Of a DNA stretch of 64,000 nt, positions 26,261 through 34,372 are shown in pieces (within the stretch, counting starts at the first letter, position 1; each line of letters begins with the position of its first letter). Location of the stretch: NCBI GenBank assembly GCA_005882895.1, contig VBBD01000068.1, forward strand, positions 4,626 to 68,625, written 5' to 3'. The stretch comes from Candidatus Bathyarchaeota archaeon (GTDB taxonomy: Archaea > Thermoproteota > Bathyarchaeia > 40CM-2-53-6). Under the pieces are notes generated by a model. That model was not told the origin of the DNA. It worked only from the letters and a program-made list of their open reading frames with translations, and did not search any database. The translations under genes were made by a program, and so were the position numbers.

Positions 26261-27562
26261 TTGACTGTTGACTCTCAAGAGCAAGGCTCCGGTCCAAGTC
26301 CCGGCTGGCTAGCCAAGCTAGGAACATTGTCCATTCTGTATCTTGCGGTCTTTCTCACGCGGATAGGGTTTGGTGTCATCTTGGTCCTCTTTCCTCTCTA
26401 CCTTCCGATTCCAAAAACCGAATCCGCACTCGCGGCTGCTGTAACGGCAATCTATCCAGTTGTCGAGGGAGTTTCAGCTCTCCCTGTCGGTGCTTACGTG
26501 GATCGCAAGGGGCGAAGAAAGGTGTTCGTGGCGGGATTGGGGCTGATCGCAATCCTGAGTCTACTCATCGGGCTATCCAACAACCTCGTGCTAGTCGGCG
26601 GTGCCCACGGATTGGAGGGCTTGGCGGCGGCTATGGTAACGGTTGCCTCTCTCACGATGATTACCGACCTGACAGTTGTAACGAACCGCGGCGTCGGGAT
26701 GGGTGGATTTGACCTTGCGAACCTCGGAGGCTACGGAGTAGGCATAGTTCTCGGGGTTGCGTTCAGCAGCGTCTTCGCCGCGGACCTCGGCGCGAGCTTC
26801 CTAGTCGTCTCCGCTATCCTCGGGGTTTCTGCTGTTGCCGTATATTTCATCCTTCGAGAACCAGTGCATATCACTCAAGCACGAAGAAGTTTGAAGGAGA
26901 TGTATTCTAGCCTCACTAGCGATGTCGCGGCCATTCTTCCGGTATGGTTTGCTCTCACGGTGGTACTGGGGTTTTACATATTCTTGCCTAGGCTTGCGGC
27001 GAGGATGGGAAAGACTGATCTTTCCCAGGCTGCACTCCCCATACTTCTCGGGCTGGCGCTGCTTGGGGCCGGAGCTCTCTTGTTCGGTCGGTTGTCTGAC
27101 AAGATCGGCCGAACCAGGACAATGGCTGTTGGGGCTTTAGGTGAGATAGGGTTCCTTCTGGTTCTCCCAGAGGTTTTCGGGCCACTGATCAGCATTCCTC
27201 CCGGCACGCCTTGGCTCGACTCCTACAACATGGTCGGACCCATCATCATCGTTGCAGGGTCTCTGTTCTTTCTCGGGTCAGCACTGGTCCCTTCTATCCT
27301 CGCGTTCATCGGCGACAAGGCAGCCAAGGAGTTTCGGGGCTCAGCTATGGGATTGTACAGTCTCATGCTAAGCGCAGGAATAGCCGCCGGCCTCGTACTA
27401 GCTGGAATAGCTGACGACCTGGGTGGTGTCCAGGCGGTCTTCTACTCTGCGGCCATAATTTTCTCAGGTCTGAGCCTGACTAGCGGATACCTTCTATACC
27501 GCAACAAGCAATTTGAGAACTCAGCTAGTATCGTTAGCAAGGCTCCCAACAATCCAGCCTAG
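26261..27562 (+). CDS. MFS transporter
   Basis: This 433-aa protein has about 12 TM segments. The loop 2-3 motif 'GAYVDRKGRRKV' is present. Confidence 0.85.
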   Translation: MTVDSQEQGSGPSPGWLAKLGTLSILYLAVFLTRIGFGVILVLFPLYLPIPKTESALAAAVTAIYPVVEGVSALPVGAYVDRKGRRKVFVAGLGLIAILSLLIGLSNNLVLVGGAHGLEGLAAAMVTVASLTMITDLTVVTNRGVGMGGFDLANLGGYGVGIVLGVAFSSVFAADLGASFLVVSAILGVSAVAVYFILREPVHITQARRSLKEMYSSLTSDVAAILPVWFALTVVLGFYIFLPRLAARMGKTDLSQAALPILLGLALLGAGALLFGRLSDKIGRTRTMAVGALGEIGFLLVLPEVFGPLISIPPGTPWLDSYNMVGPIIIVAGSLFFLGSALVPSILAFIGDKAAKEFRGSAMGLYSLMLSAGIAAGLVLAGIADDLGGVQAVFYSAAIIFSGLSLTSGYLLYRNKQFENSASIVSKAPNNPA

Positions 27563-27627
27563 GGTCGCCCCGAAAGGAATCTCGTAAGAGATAAGTCTCT
27601 TAGTTTCTAACCGCCATCCTGGTCCTC

Positions 27628-28374
27628 TTGGCAGAGTATACCGTCCACACTGCTCGGGTGGCAAAGAAGTTCGAATGGTTTGGAATGACGGTAGTCAAAC
27701 GTTACTTGACGAGGGACAAAGATAGCAGGGATCTTCGGGACGTGCATTCCAACCCGGAGTTCTATGACAAGGGCATCGATCTTGTCCTCAACCTGCCAAA
27801 CGCCCAGAAGAGGACAATCGATCTCAAGGTCGACTCATACATCGGATCTGATCCATCGCGCAAGATAAGAGGTCTATGCAATCCAGACAGTGGTTTCATT
27901 CTACTTGAAACAATCAGCCAGCTCCAATATGATAGATCGAGAAAGGTTTCAACAAATGGTACTCTGCCCGTTAGACAAAAAGCAGATGTCCCTGGCTGGT
28001 TCTTTACAAGCTCTGCCGATGAGGTGTATTATTACTTCCTCGCTCTGCTCAACACAGAAAACGAGCTAAACCTACTCTACGCGGAATACGTGGAACTTGT
28101 AAAGGGTAATCAACCAACAGATGAAGTTGAAAATCGTCTTTTACGAGAACTGCGCGTAGATAGGGACTTGTTGGTGAGTTTTTCACTATTAGAGGCGAGA
28201 GCCTGGTATGATACCGCCCCTGAGACAGTGTTTCATGGGTACGCTCCCGCTCCTAACCCGAGTTATCTTACGCTGAGTAAGCGAGTTAGGCGTGATCTGT
28301 TCATATCAAACGGTATCGGGAAAAGCCATGGTTCTATCTTCTCCTTGGTCAAACCGAAATCGGTTTCCCGGTAA
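27628..28374 (+). CDS. hypothetical protein with a PD-(D/E)xK nuclease-like core (candidate restriction endonuclease)
   Basis: The helix 'AKKFEWFGMTVVKRYL' is followed by 'KGIDLVLNLPNAQKRTIDLKVDSY' and 'FILLETIS'. The gene converges on a DNA-methyltransferase-like gene with a 27-nt gap. The start is uncertain (TTG, or Met20). Confidence 0.5.
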   Translation: MAEYTVHTARVAKKFEWFGMTVVKRYLTRDKDSRDLRDVHSNPEFYDKGIDLVLNLPNAQKRTIDLKVDSYIGSDPSRKIRGLCNPDSGFILLETISQLQYDRSRKVSTNGTLPVRQKADVPGWFFTSSADEVYYYFLALLNTENELNLLYAEYVELVKGNQPTDEVENRLLRELRVDRDLLVSFSLLEARAWYDTAPETVFHGYAPAPNPSYLTLSKRVRRDLFISNGIGKSHGSIFSLVKPKSVSR

Positions 28375-28401
28375 CTCAAAGGCGTAAGCCTTTTCATCCG
28401 A

Positions 28402-29343
28402 TTACCACCATTTCTTGCTGTACTTTAGCGGTGCTGTTTTTTCGTCGAGCGCTGGCTTTCTGAACACGTAGAGATGTTCGTGAGCGATCTTATAGAAGTC
28501 GTAGCTATGTCCACGCCATCTCTGTCGAGTTGTCATCGTCTTGTGTTGAAGCTTGATTATGTCCTCTTTGAGGATGAAGCCGACGCTTAGAAATGCCTGC
28601 AAAACTCCAAGCGAGATCGGAATGTAATGTCGTCCCTTTCGCGTATCTCCGATAAGTACCCCACAGTATCGGTTGTTTTTCAAGACCCTATATGATTCGG
28701 CCGCGACTTTCCGCATCGCATCAATATAGGCCGGAAGCTTCAGACGCGAGAGGTCGTCCAATATCCGTTTTCCACTGTATGATATGATTCCAGCGTAGGG
28801 AGGATGAGTGGCAATAAGGTCGACAGCCTCGTCACCGATCAAATCCAGGTTTCGTGCATCGCCTACAAAGGTTCGAGTCTCTACGCGGCGCGGTCTATCA
28901 AGCGTATTGTAATCAAAACTCAACCTGTCTTGTGCTACCATTATGGCGTCAGGGTTGACGTCGACTCCGATCACGTCGCGGCCTAGGAGTTTGCTCTCTA
29001 CGAGAGTGGTTCCGCTTCCACACATCTGGTCGAGAACAAGCTCTCCAGGTTTGGAATATTTCGTGATCAGGTTTCGCGGTATGTAGGGACTCCAATTTCC
29101 CCGATAATTTCCAGAATGGGTCGCCCAGTCGCCTCTACTAGGAAAGCTCCACACCGTGAATTCTTCCGACTTGTAATCCTTCGGGGGCCCGAATTCCTTG
29201 ATTCGCCACGGTCTACCTATCTCTACGTCAACATTTTCTATTTTCACCCGTTGCTTCTCAGCGACGAACCTACGGTAGTCCTCTTCTGTTACGATTTGCA
29301 TTCCCATCAGTTTCTGGGGGTTCGCCATCTCTTGTACTTGCAA
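28402..29343 (-). CDS. SAM-dependent methyltransferase, N6-A/N4-C DNA-MTase-like, with motif I before motif IV ('HPPY')
   Basis: Motif I is 'LVLDQMCGSGTTLVE'. It is preceded by 'THSGNYRGNWSPYIPRNLI', which resembles the HPAxFP...L segment of N6_N4 MTases. Motif IV is 'DLIATHPPYAGII'. The C-terminal segment is 'IAHEHLYVFRKP'. Confidence 0.75.
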   Translation of the reverse strand: MQVQEMANPQKLMGMQIVTEEDYRRFVAEKQRVKIENVDVEIGRPWRIKEFGPPKDYKSEEFTVWSFPSRGDWATHSGNYRGNWSPYIPRNLITKYSKPGELVLDQMCGSGTTLVESKLLGRDVIGVDVNPDAIMVAQDRLSFDYNTLDRPRRVETRTFVGDARNLDLIGDEAVDLIATHPPYAGIISYSGKRILDDLSRLKLPAYIDAMRKVAAESYRVLKNNRYCGVLIGDTRKGRHYIPISLGVLQAFLSVGFILKEDIIKLQHKTMTTRQRWRGHSYDFYKIAHEHLYVFRKPALDEKTAPLKYSKKWW

Positions 29344-29416
29344 AATACCAGCCCCAGCCTATTTGCCAGCCTAGATTAAACTTGATCAGACCATCGGAGC
29401 GTTACAGAGCCGCTCT

Positions 29417-29920
29417 TCACGGGATGGTTTTCTTGAGGCCGGGTATGACCTCTCCTGTGACCCATTGGACTCCGGCGCCAGATAGCACGTAGGAGCCTTT
29501 CTCGGCGATCAGTTTGCCTTCGCGTTTCAGTTCACTCGCTCGCGCTCTCACAACGGCTCCGCTGGTTGTCTTCCATGACGCTCCAAGGAGAGTGCTCAGT
29601 TCGTCGTCCCCGAAAGTCTTCGGGTGAGTGGCGTAAAGTACGAGTGCGAGAGCTTCTTTTGCTGACAGGGAATCCGCCGGGACGGTGAGATAGGGTCGTC
29701 CCTCTCCGCTAAACTGTACTATTCCCTTTAGCAAGTCTGAGGGTTCAGAGGTTTCTGGGGTCTGGACTGGTTCCGTTTTTGCTTGTACTATTCCATCTTT
29801 GAGTCGCAAGTTCTCGACAAGGTTCTCGAACTTGTCGCGGACGTATTCGAAGTCTCCTTCGAGCTCTATTTCCTGGTCCCTTGTCTTGATTCGGAACCTA
29901 AGTCGCTTCTCCTGTGACAT
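29417..29920 (-). CDS. hypothetical protein with a C-terminal winged-helix-like domain
   Basis: The C-terminal segment 'SAKEALALVLYATHPKTFGDDELSTLLGASWKTTSGAVVRARASELKREGKLIAEKGSYVLS' has an HTH-plus-wing pattern. The gene lies immediately upstream of the MTase on the same strand. Confidence 0.5.
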   Translation of the reverse strand: MSQEKRLRFRIKTRDQEIELEGDFEYVRDKFENLVENLRLKDGIVQAKTEPVQTPETSEPSDLLKGIVQFSGEGRPYLTVPADSLSAKEALALVLYATHPKTFGDDELSTLLGASWKTTSGAVVRARASELKREGKLIAEKGSYVLSGAGVQWVTGEVIPGLKKTIP

Positions 29921-30017
29921 GACTGTGCGTCTGAGTGTGCAACTGGCGGTCTATTTCGAGCTTTCCAATCGGAAGGCTGAGATGGGTGAGACTAAGGCTG
30001 GCAGAATGTAGAAATTC

Positions 30018-30254
30018 CTACACCCATTTCCCGAGAATCTTCTTGCACTCTGGACACAGTCCATGCCTCGAAACCACCGTTACTTTGCCACACCTCGCGC
30101 ACTTTCGAGGACCGCTCGCTCGAGTGCGAGAAGGTTGGTAAAATCTTCCCCTGAATCCCGGCGGTTTTACCGTACGTCTTCTGGTCCTTGACAATTCGTG
30201 AGTTCCATCGGTATCCTCTGTGGCATTTCTTCGACTTGCTCCCGGGGGTAGCAT
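30018..30254 (-). CDS. small basic zinc-ribbon protein (hypothetical)
   Basis: The C-terminus reads 'KCARCGKVTVVSRHGLCPECKK' (CxxC-x11-CxxC), and the N-terminal half is Arg-rich. It overlaps a 222-aa ORF in another frame that I consider spurious. Confidence 0.35.
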   Translation of the reverse strand: MLPPGASRRNATEDTDGTHELSRTRRRTVKPPGFRGRFYQPSRTRASGPRKCARCGKVTVVSRHGLCPECKKILGKWV

Positions 30255-30452
30255 GGTCTGGGAATCGTCTTTCCCCTATCGATATGGATGACCCGGCTGA
30301 TTCTAGGAACGAGATAGGGGTCGTTAGGGTTGCGGTCAAATGATCGCAGCTATTTCTCATGTTGATGAGAAAACCGTTAGGGATACGGAAAGAAATATTG
30401 GAGGTTGGACCTTCAGCGGGTCGTTGCCTTGGTCGTATTTCGTTAGCTGGAC

Positions 30453-30944
30453 TTAGAATTGGTCCCTGGTGACGGTTTGTTTGTGGGCGTTCTGGCCTTC
30501 CAGTGCATGTACAACTGTTACTACTACTCTGACGGTCGGTATGAGAGCCATAGCGAGGAAGATCAGTGGGTACGCCCATGGCGTGCTGGCGAAGAAGCCG
30601 TTGACTAATGTCTTGCTGACGGTGTAGAGAATGTACAGAGCCATTAGCTGGAAGACCCAAGCGAGAATGGGTGCGTAAGCCCTGTAAGCCTTGTAAGTGT
30701 CTGAAACTGCGCTGGCCAGTTGGGTCCCGTATTTCAACACGACCGCTGCAACTACCAGCCCGACTGTAAAGAGTGCAAGGCTCACGACACTGTACGAGGT
30801 TCCCGGCACTGTTTGGGTAATTCCTGGGAAGCCCAGGATGATGCTCTGGACCACTACAAGGACGATGATTCCCGCGAGCAATCGTATGAGTGACGGCATT
30901 AAAGGCCGAAAGTCGCCGAACGAGTCATGAGTATTGGTCGGCAT
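30453..30944 (-). CDS. hypothetical integral membrane protein (4 TM segments)
   Basis: It has four clear hydrophobic helices, for example 'LIRLLAGIIVLVVVQSIILGF' and 'ILAWVFQLMALYILYTV'. Confidence 0.6.
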   Translation of the reverse strand: MPTNTHDSFGDFRPLMPSLIRLLAGIIVLVVVQSIILGFPGITQTVPGTSYSVVSLALFTVGLVVAAVVLKYGTQLASAVSDTYKAYRAYAPILAWVFQLMALYILYTVSKTLVNGFFASTPWAYPLIFLAMALIPTVRVVVTVVHALEGQNAHKQTVTRDQF

Positions 30945-31082
30945 CTCAAGACCACTTTTCCAAGGACCAACTAGCCAAGCCGCCGATTAGCCGGTGGCGG
31001 AACTCTCCGCCGACACTCAGCGTTACACTTGATGCTTAGCCATGTCCCTTTGTCCCCACGGTGAGAAGGAGATGATTGCCCG

Positions 31083-31328
31083 ATGGCCGAACTGAAAGTC
31101 TACCTGTCCGAAGAGCTTGACAAGAGATTCAGGATGCTTGCTATGAGCGTCTTTGGCTATGGTCGGGGTTCTCTGAGCGAGGCCGCCGTGGACGCGCTCA
31201 CCAAATGGTGTGAGGAGCATGAGGCTCGAAAGCTGGACCAGGAACCGAAGGAAGGGCCTTTACATTCGAACTCGGATCCTGTCTCGCGCGCGGAAGAGCG
31301 GCCCGGAGCCGTCTCATCTGGAACGTGA
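31083..31328 (+). CDS. ribbon-helix-helix (CopG/Arc-like) DNA-binding protein
   Basis: The N-terminal segment 'ELKVYLSEELDKRFRMLAMSVFGYGRGSLSEAAVDALTKW' fits a beta-strand-helix-helix pattern. The C-terminal tail looks disordered. Confidence 0.55.
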   Translation: MAELKVYLSEELDKRFRMLAMSVFGYGRGSLSEAAVDALTKWCEEHEARKLDQEPKEGPLHSNSDPVSRAEERPGAVSSGT

Positions 31329-31408
31329 GAAAACTCTAGCTCTGCTCTCCCGGTTAGCTAAGCCATATTTCAAGACATTCGGACCTCTATTCTGGGGAGA
31401 CTGGACGC

Positions 31409-32197
31409 ATGCCTGCCAAGATTCAGAGATTGGATTTTTCCTCTCGAAGAAAGTGGCGAGCTTGGCTTGCAAAGAATCACCGACTTGACAGGGATGTCTG
31501 GCTAGTCTATGATAAGATGCTCTTCCAAACGCGTGCAATCTCATACAGAGATTTCCTCGGCGATGCGGTCGAAGAAGCGATATGCTATGGCTGGATTGAC
31601 AGTAGAGTCAAGCGAATCGGCAAGTCGAGACTTGCAATACGCTTCACCCCGCGCAGGTCAACCGGCAATTGGTCGAAGTACAATAGAGTACGTGCGCTGA
31701 TGCTTCTTCACAACGGTAAGATGACGAAAGCAGGTATAGACGTTCTACCGGCAGAATGGGCAACCAAGATCGTTGACAGAGGCCAAGGTCAAAGCAGGAA
31801 GGTCGCCGATGTAGTGGATGGAATATTGATGGATGGGAAGAGGCTGCTGGTAGAGAAAAGGCGAGATGATGACGATGCAGATCCGGGATTCACTGAGATC
31901 CCTGGTGGCCATGTGGACAAAGACGAAACGTTGGAGGATGCGCTGAGAAGAGAGATGAGGGAAGAGCTTGAGATCGACATCGAGAAGGCGAAGCTCGTAC
32001 AGAGGAGCCTTTACACCGCGACCAATGGCGAGAGGCAGAAAATTCACTACTTTCACGTGGAGAGGTGGAACGGCAGAATCGTGTCCAAGGAAGCAGAGCG
32101 GGTGTACTGGGAATCTGATTTTTCCAATCTCAGCATTATTCCGGATAGGAGAGCCGTTCGGAGGATTCTGAGAGTTCAACCCAAGGATGACAAATAG
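31409..32197 (+). CDS. YdeI/OmpD-associated-family domain fused to a NUDIX hydrolase domain
   Basis: The N-terminal half has 'WRAWLAKNH', 'VWLVY' and 'EAICYGWIDSRVKRI', which are YdeI/COG4430-like. The C-terminal half has the Nudix box 'GGHVDKDETLEDALRREMREELEI'. Confidence 0.75.
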   Translation: MPAKIQRLDFSSRRKWRAWLAKNHRLDRDVWLVYDKMLFQTRAISYRDFLGDAVEEAICYGWIDSRVKRIGKSRLAIRFTPRRSTGNWSKYNRVRALMLLHNGKMTKAGIDVLPAEWATKIVDRGQGQSRKVADVVDGILMDGKRLLVEKRRDDDDADPGFTEIPGGHVDKDETLEDALRREMREELEIDIEKAKLVQRSLYTATNGERQKIHYFHVERWNGRIVSKEAERVYWESDFSNLSIIPDRRAVRRILRVQPKDDK

Positions 32198-32346
32198 ACA
32201 GGCTCAGGCCTTCGAAACCGGCGCCTGCCACAGCGAATCTGGTTCATAGCCGCTGAGAAGCTCTTGGGGCTCAGAGAGGACAACCGTTTAGACGGGTACT
32301 AGTGAACACCGGTTTAGAGGCTCAGTTGGTTTATGAGGCCCGATAG

Positions 32347-32648
32347 ATGAAAATCCTCTTTCCCGACGTTCCCAGGGCAACCAATGGTTAGAGGAGCTGC
32401 GATATCTGAGAAGCCAGGTTAGGGCCGAAATTCGGTACTACATAGATGCTCACAAGGCTCAGAGATTCAAGCTCAGCCTCTTTGAGCTAATGAGCCTGAA
32501 CAGTTTTCCCAACCCCGTCAACCAAACACTATACTTCAACAATGACGAGCACGAAGTCCCCTTCACGTACTCGATCAGAGGACGCAGATACGAGCAAAAG
32601 CCGTTCAAAGAACGGTTCAAGCTCAAGCTGAGCGACAAGTTATTCTAG
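32347..32648 (+). pseudogene. possible frameshifted or start-less small ORF
   Basis: The frame open from 32337 to the stop at 32646-32648 reads ...WLEELRYLRSQVRAEIRYYIDAHKAQRFKLSLFELMSLNSFPNPVNQTLYFNNDEHEVPFTYSIRGRRYEQKPFKERFKLKLSDKLF. It has no ATG, GTG or TTG before 'MSLNS'. An ATG at 32347 (MKILFPDVPRATNG*) lies in a different frame. Confidence 0.3.
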
Positions 32649-32676
32649 AAATCACTTTCTGGAAAGCGATCGAGGA

Positions 32677-33525
32677 GTGCGCGTTACAATGGATGAAGAC
32701 GTCCGGTACTTCACGTTTGATGGACTCGCGGGGAAAATGCTCGGGGCCTCGAACCGTGCAATTGTCGAGCTGAAAATTCCGCCAGGGAGAACACGTTCTC
32801 CACTGGTCAGAAAAATCCACGGTCTGCTCAGGAAAGAGAACGCGGAACAGGGAATTTCCAAGAAGGCCACGATCTTCAATCTCATCGAGGACCGAGCAAG
32901 GAAATCAGGCGAAGCCTACAAGGAACCGAGCCACAACACAGAGATCAAAGCAAAAGTTGCGCTTGACGCAGAGGATCAGGACATTTTCCCCCGGATAAGG
33001 AGCGATCTATCCAAGGGGAAAATCGAAGGGTTCAGACTCTCTGACTCCTTCCCGAATGTTATGGAGACTGGCAAGCTCTACCACTACGTTCAGATGCCCA
33101 TGCACGAGTACGTCAGGTTCGAAAGCAGTGGTCTGTCGAGGTCCGCGACGATCAAGGAGAACTTTCAGGTCGTAGAGGATCCCTACAGACTGGGTAATGT
33201 GATAAAGAGACGGGAAATTGAGGAGCCTATTCAGCCGGACATGTTGAAGATGCCCTACAAGATTCTCACCAGGAGGAGGAAGTACTTCATGGTTGAACGG
33301 GACGGTGGGAGCAGGGAGTACGCGGTGATGATGGATAGGAGCACACATCGAGGCCACGAACTCTACCAGTTGGAGGTAGAGGACGTTCTGAACTCGCCTT
33401 CACCTAGGACCGAGACCCGAAGCATCAACGACGTAGCATCCATGACCAACTATCTAATAGAAGAGTACTCACTGGAACCTACGACGTTGACGAAAAATCA
33501 GTGGCTGATGAGTCTACCGAACTAG
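32677..33525 (+). CDS. divergent CYTH (triphosphate tunnel metalloenzyme)-like protein with an N-terminal extension
   Basis: It shows the alternating charged beta-strands typical of TTMs: 'NTEIKAKVAL' (an EXEXK-like motif with E-x-K-x-K), 'YVRFES', 'ILTRRRKYFMVER' and 'ELYQLEVEDV'. Confidence 0.5.
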   Translation: MRVTMDEDVRYFTFDGLAGKMLGASNRAIVELKIPPGRTRSPLVRKIHGLLRKENAEQGISKKATIFNLIEDRARKSGEAYKEPSHNTEIKAKVALDAEDQDIFPRIRSDLSKGKIEGFRLSDSFPNVMETGKLYHYVQMPMHEYVRFESSGLSRSATIKENFQVVEDPYRLGNVIKRREIEEPIQPDMLKMPYKILTRRRKYFMVERDGGSREYAVMMDRSTHRGHELYQLEVEDVLNSPSPRTETRSINDVASMTNYLIEEYSLEPTTLTKNQWLMSLPN

Positions 33526-33532
33526 GGTATCT

Positions 33533-34324
33533 TCAGGGTTTGGCAGCAAACCGAGAAACCGGATTCTCTCTGGAGACCTCGACGAATTTTCGATAGTTCT
33601 TATTCCGATTCTCTATCTCAATGTTCAGCGCTACCTGAAGCTCCGTGGATCTTTTTAGCCCCTGAAGATACTCAATCATAACATCGTGATCACGTATGGT
33701 GCCAAGTAGATCTTGCCATGATCGGAGGGTCACTAGCGGTTTCGGGGGTCTTGAGAACTCGGACATTTCCAAAATGTAACGGAGTTGTTTACAGTCTCTT
33801 CTGACCACGTGCAACTCCTCCACCTTAGACGGGTCCTCCCTTACAAGCGGGAGTTCGCTTGTGATCTTCGAGCTCAGGTTTCTCACAACTTTGTTGTATC
33901 TTCTCTGGAGTACAGAGTCGGAAAGGTCTCTCGATTTCAAACGAGGTCCCGGGTCTTTCTGAACGGACAACGCTAGCTGTTTCGCTTGGTCCAGATGGGA
34001 TTTACGTGATTTCCTCATGTTCTCTATGAGCCGTTCGTGTGTGGGATGCTTGTTCATTGACAGTTTCGAGAGAATAATATCCTGGTCTCTCACACTGGCG
34101 TTTACTTTCATCAGTTTCTTGATGCGAGCCATGGCTTTCTGTGCATTGTTCTGGTTCCTAGTGGCCTTTGGAAGCAATGCGAAAGCGGCCTGCAGTCGAC
34201 GGGTCGCTGTCCGAAGCCGGTGAACGTTTTCGGCGTTTGGGTCTCTGAGGTAGGCCTTGACTCTCCGAGTCAGCGCTTTCGCGAATCTGTCGTACTCTTT
34301 CGCGAAAGAGTCGCGGGTAATCAA
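33533..34324 (-). CDS. CHAD domain protein
   Basis: The protein is all-helical and basic, and carries the hallmark 'VHRLRTATRRLQAAFALL' and 'VVRRDCKQLRYILE'. Confidence 0.8.
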   Translation of the reverse strand: MITRDSFAKEYDRFAKALTRRVKAYLRDPNAENVHRLRTATRRLQAAFALLPKATRNQNNAQKAMARIKKLMKVNASVRDQDIILSKLSMNKHPTHERLIENMRKSRKSHLDQAKQLALSVQKDPGPRLKSRDLSDSVLQRRYNKVVRNLSSKITSELPLVREDPSKVEELHVVRRDCKQLRYILEMSEFSRPPKPLVTLRSWQDLLGTIRDHDVMIEYLQGLKRSTELQVALNIEIENRNKNYRKFVEVSRENPVSRFAAKP

Positions 34325-34372
34325 GGGAAGGCTGGGTTCGAGAAGTGAGACTACTTAGGTTTTCTTCGGCGT

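Noticed and set aside
25961-30254. tRNA-Phe as the integration site for the putative R-M islet
   Set aside because: The tRNA is on the minus strand, so its 3' end (the usual att site) faces lower coordinates, away from the islet. An ordinary MFS transporter gene lies between them, and I saw no repeat of the tRNA end.
29992-30660. 222-aa minus-strand ORF spanning the gap between the Zn-ribbon ORF and the membrane-protein gene
   Set aside because: Its composition is Arg/Ser/Pro/Thr-rich and low in complexity, with no hydrophobic core pattern. It overlaps two better-looking ORFs in other frames (30018..30254 and 30453..30944), so it is probably a shadow frame.
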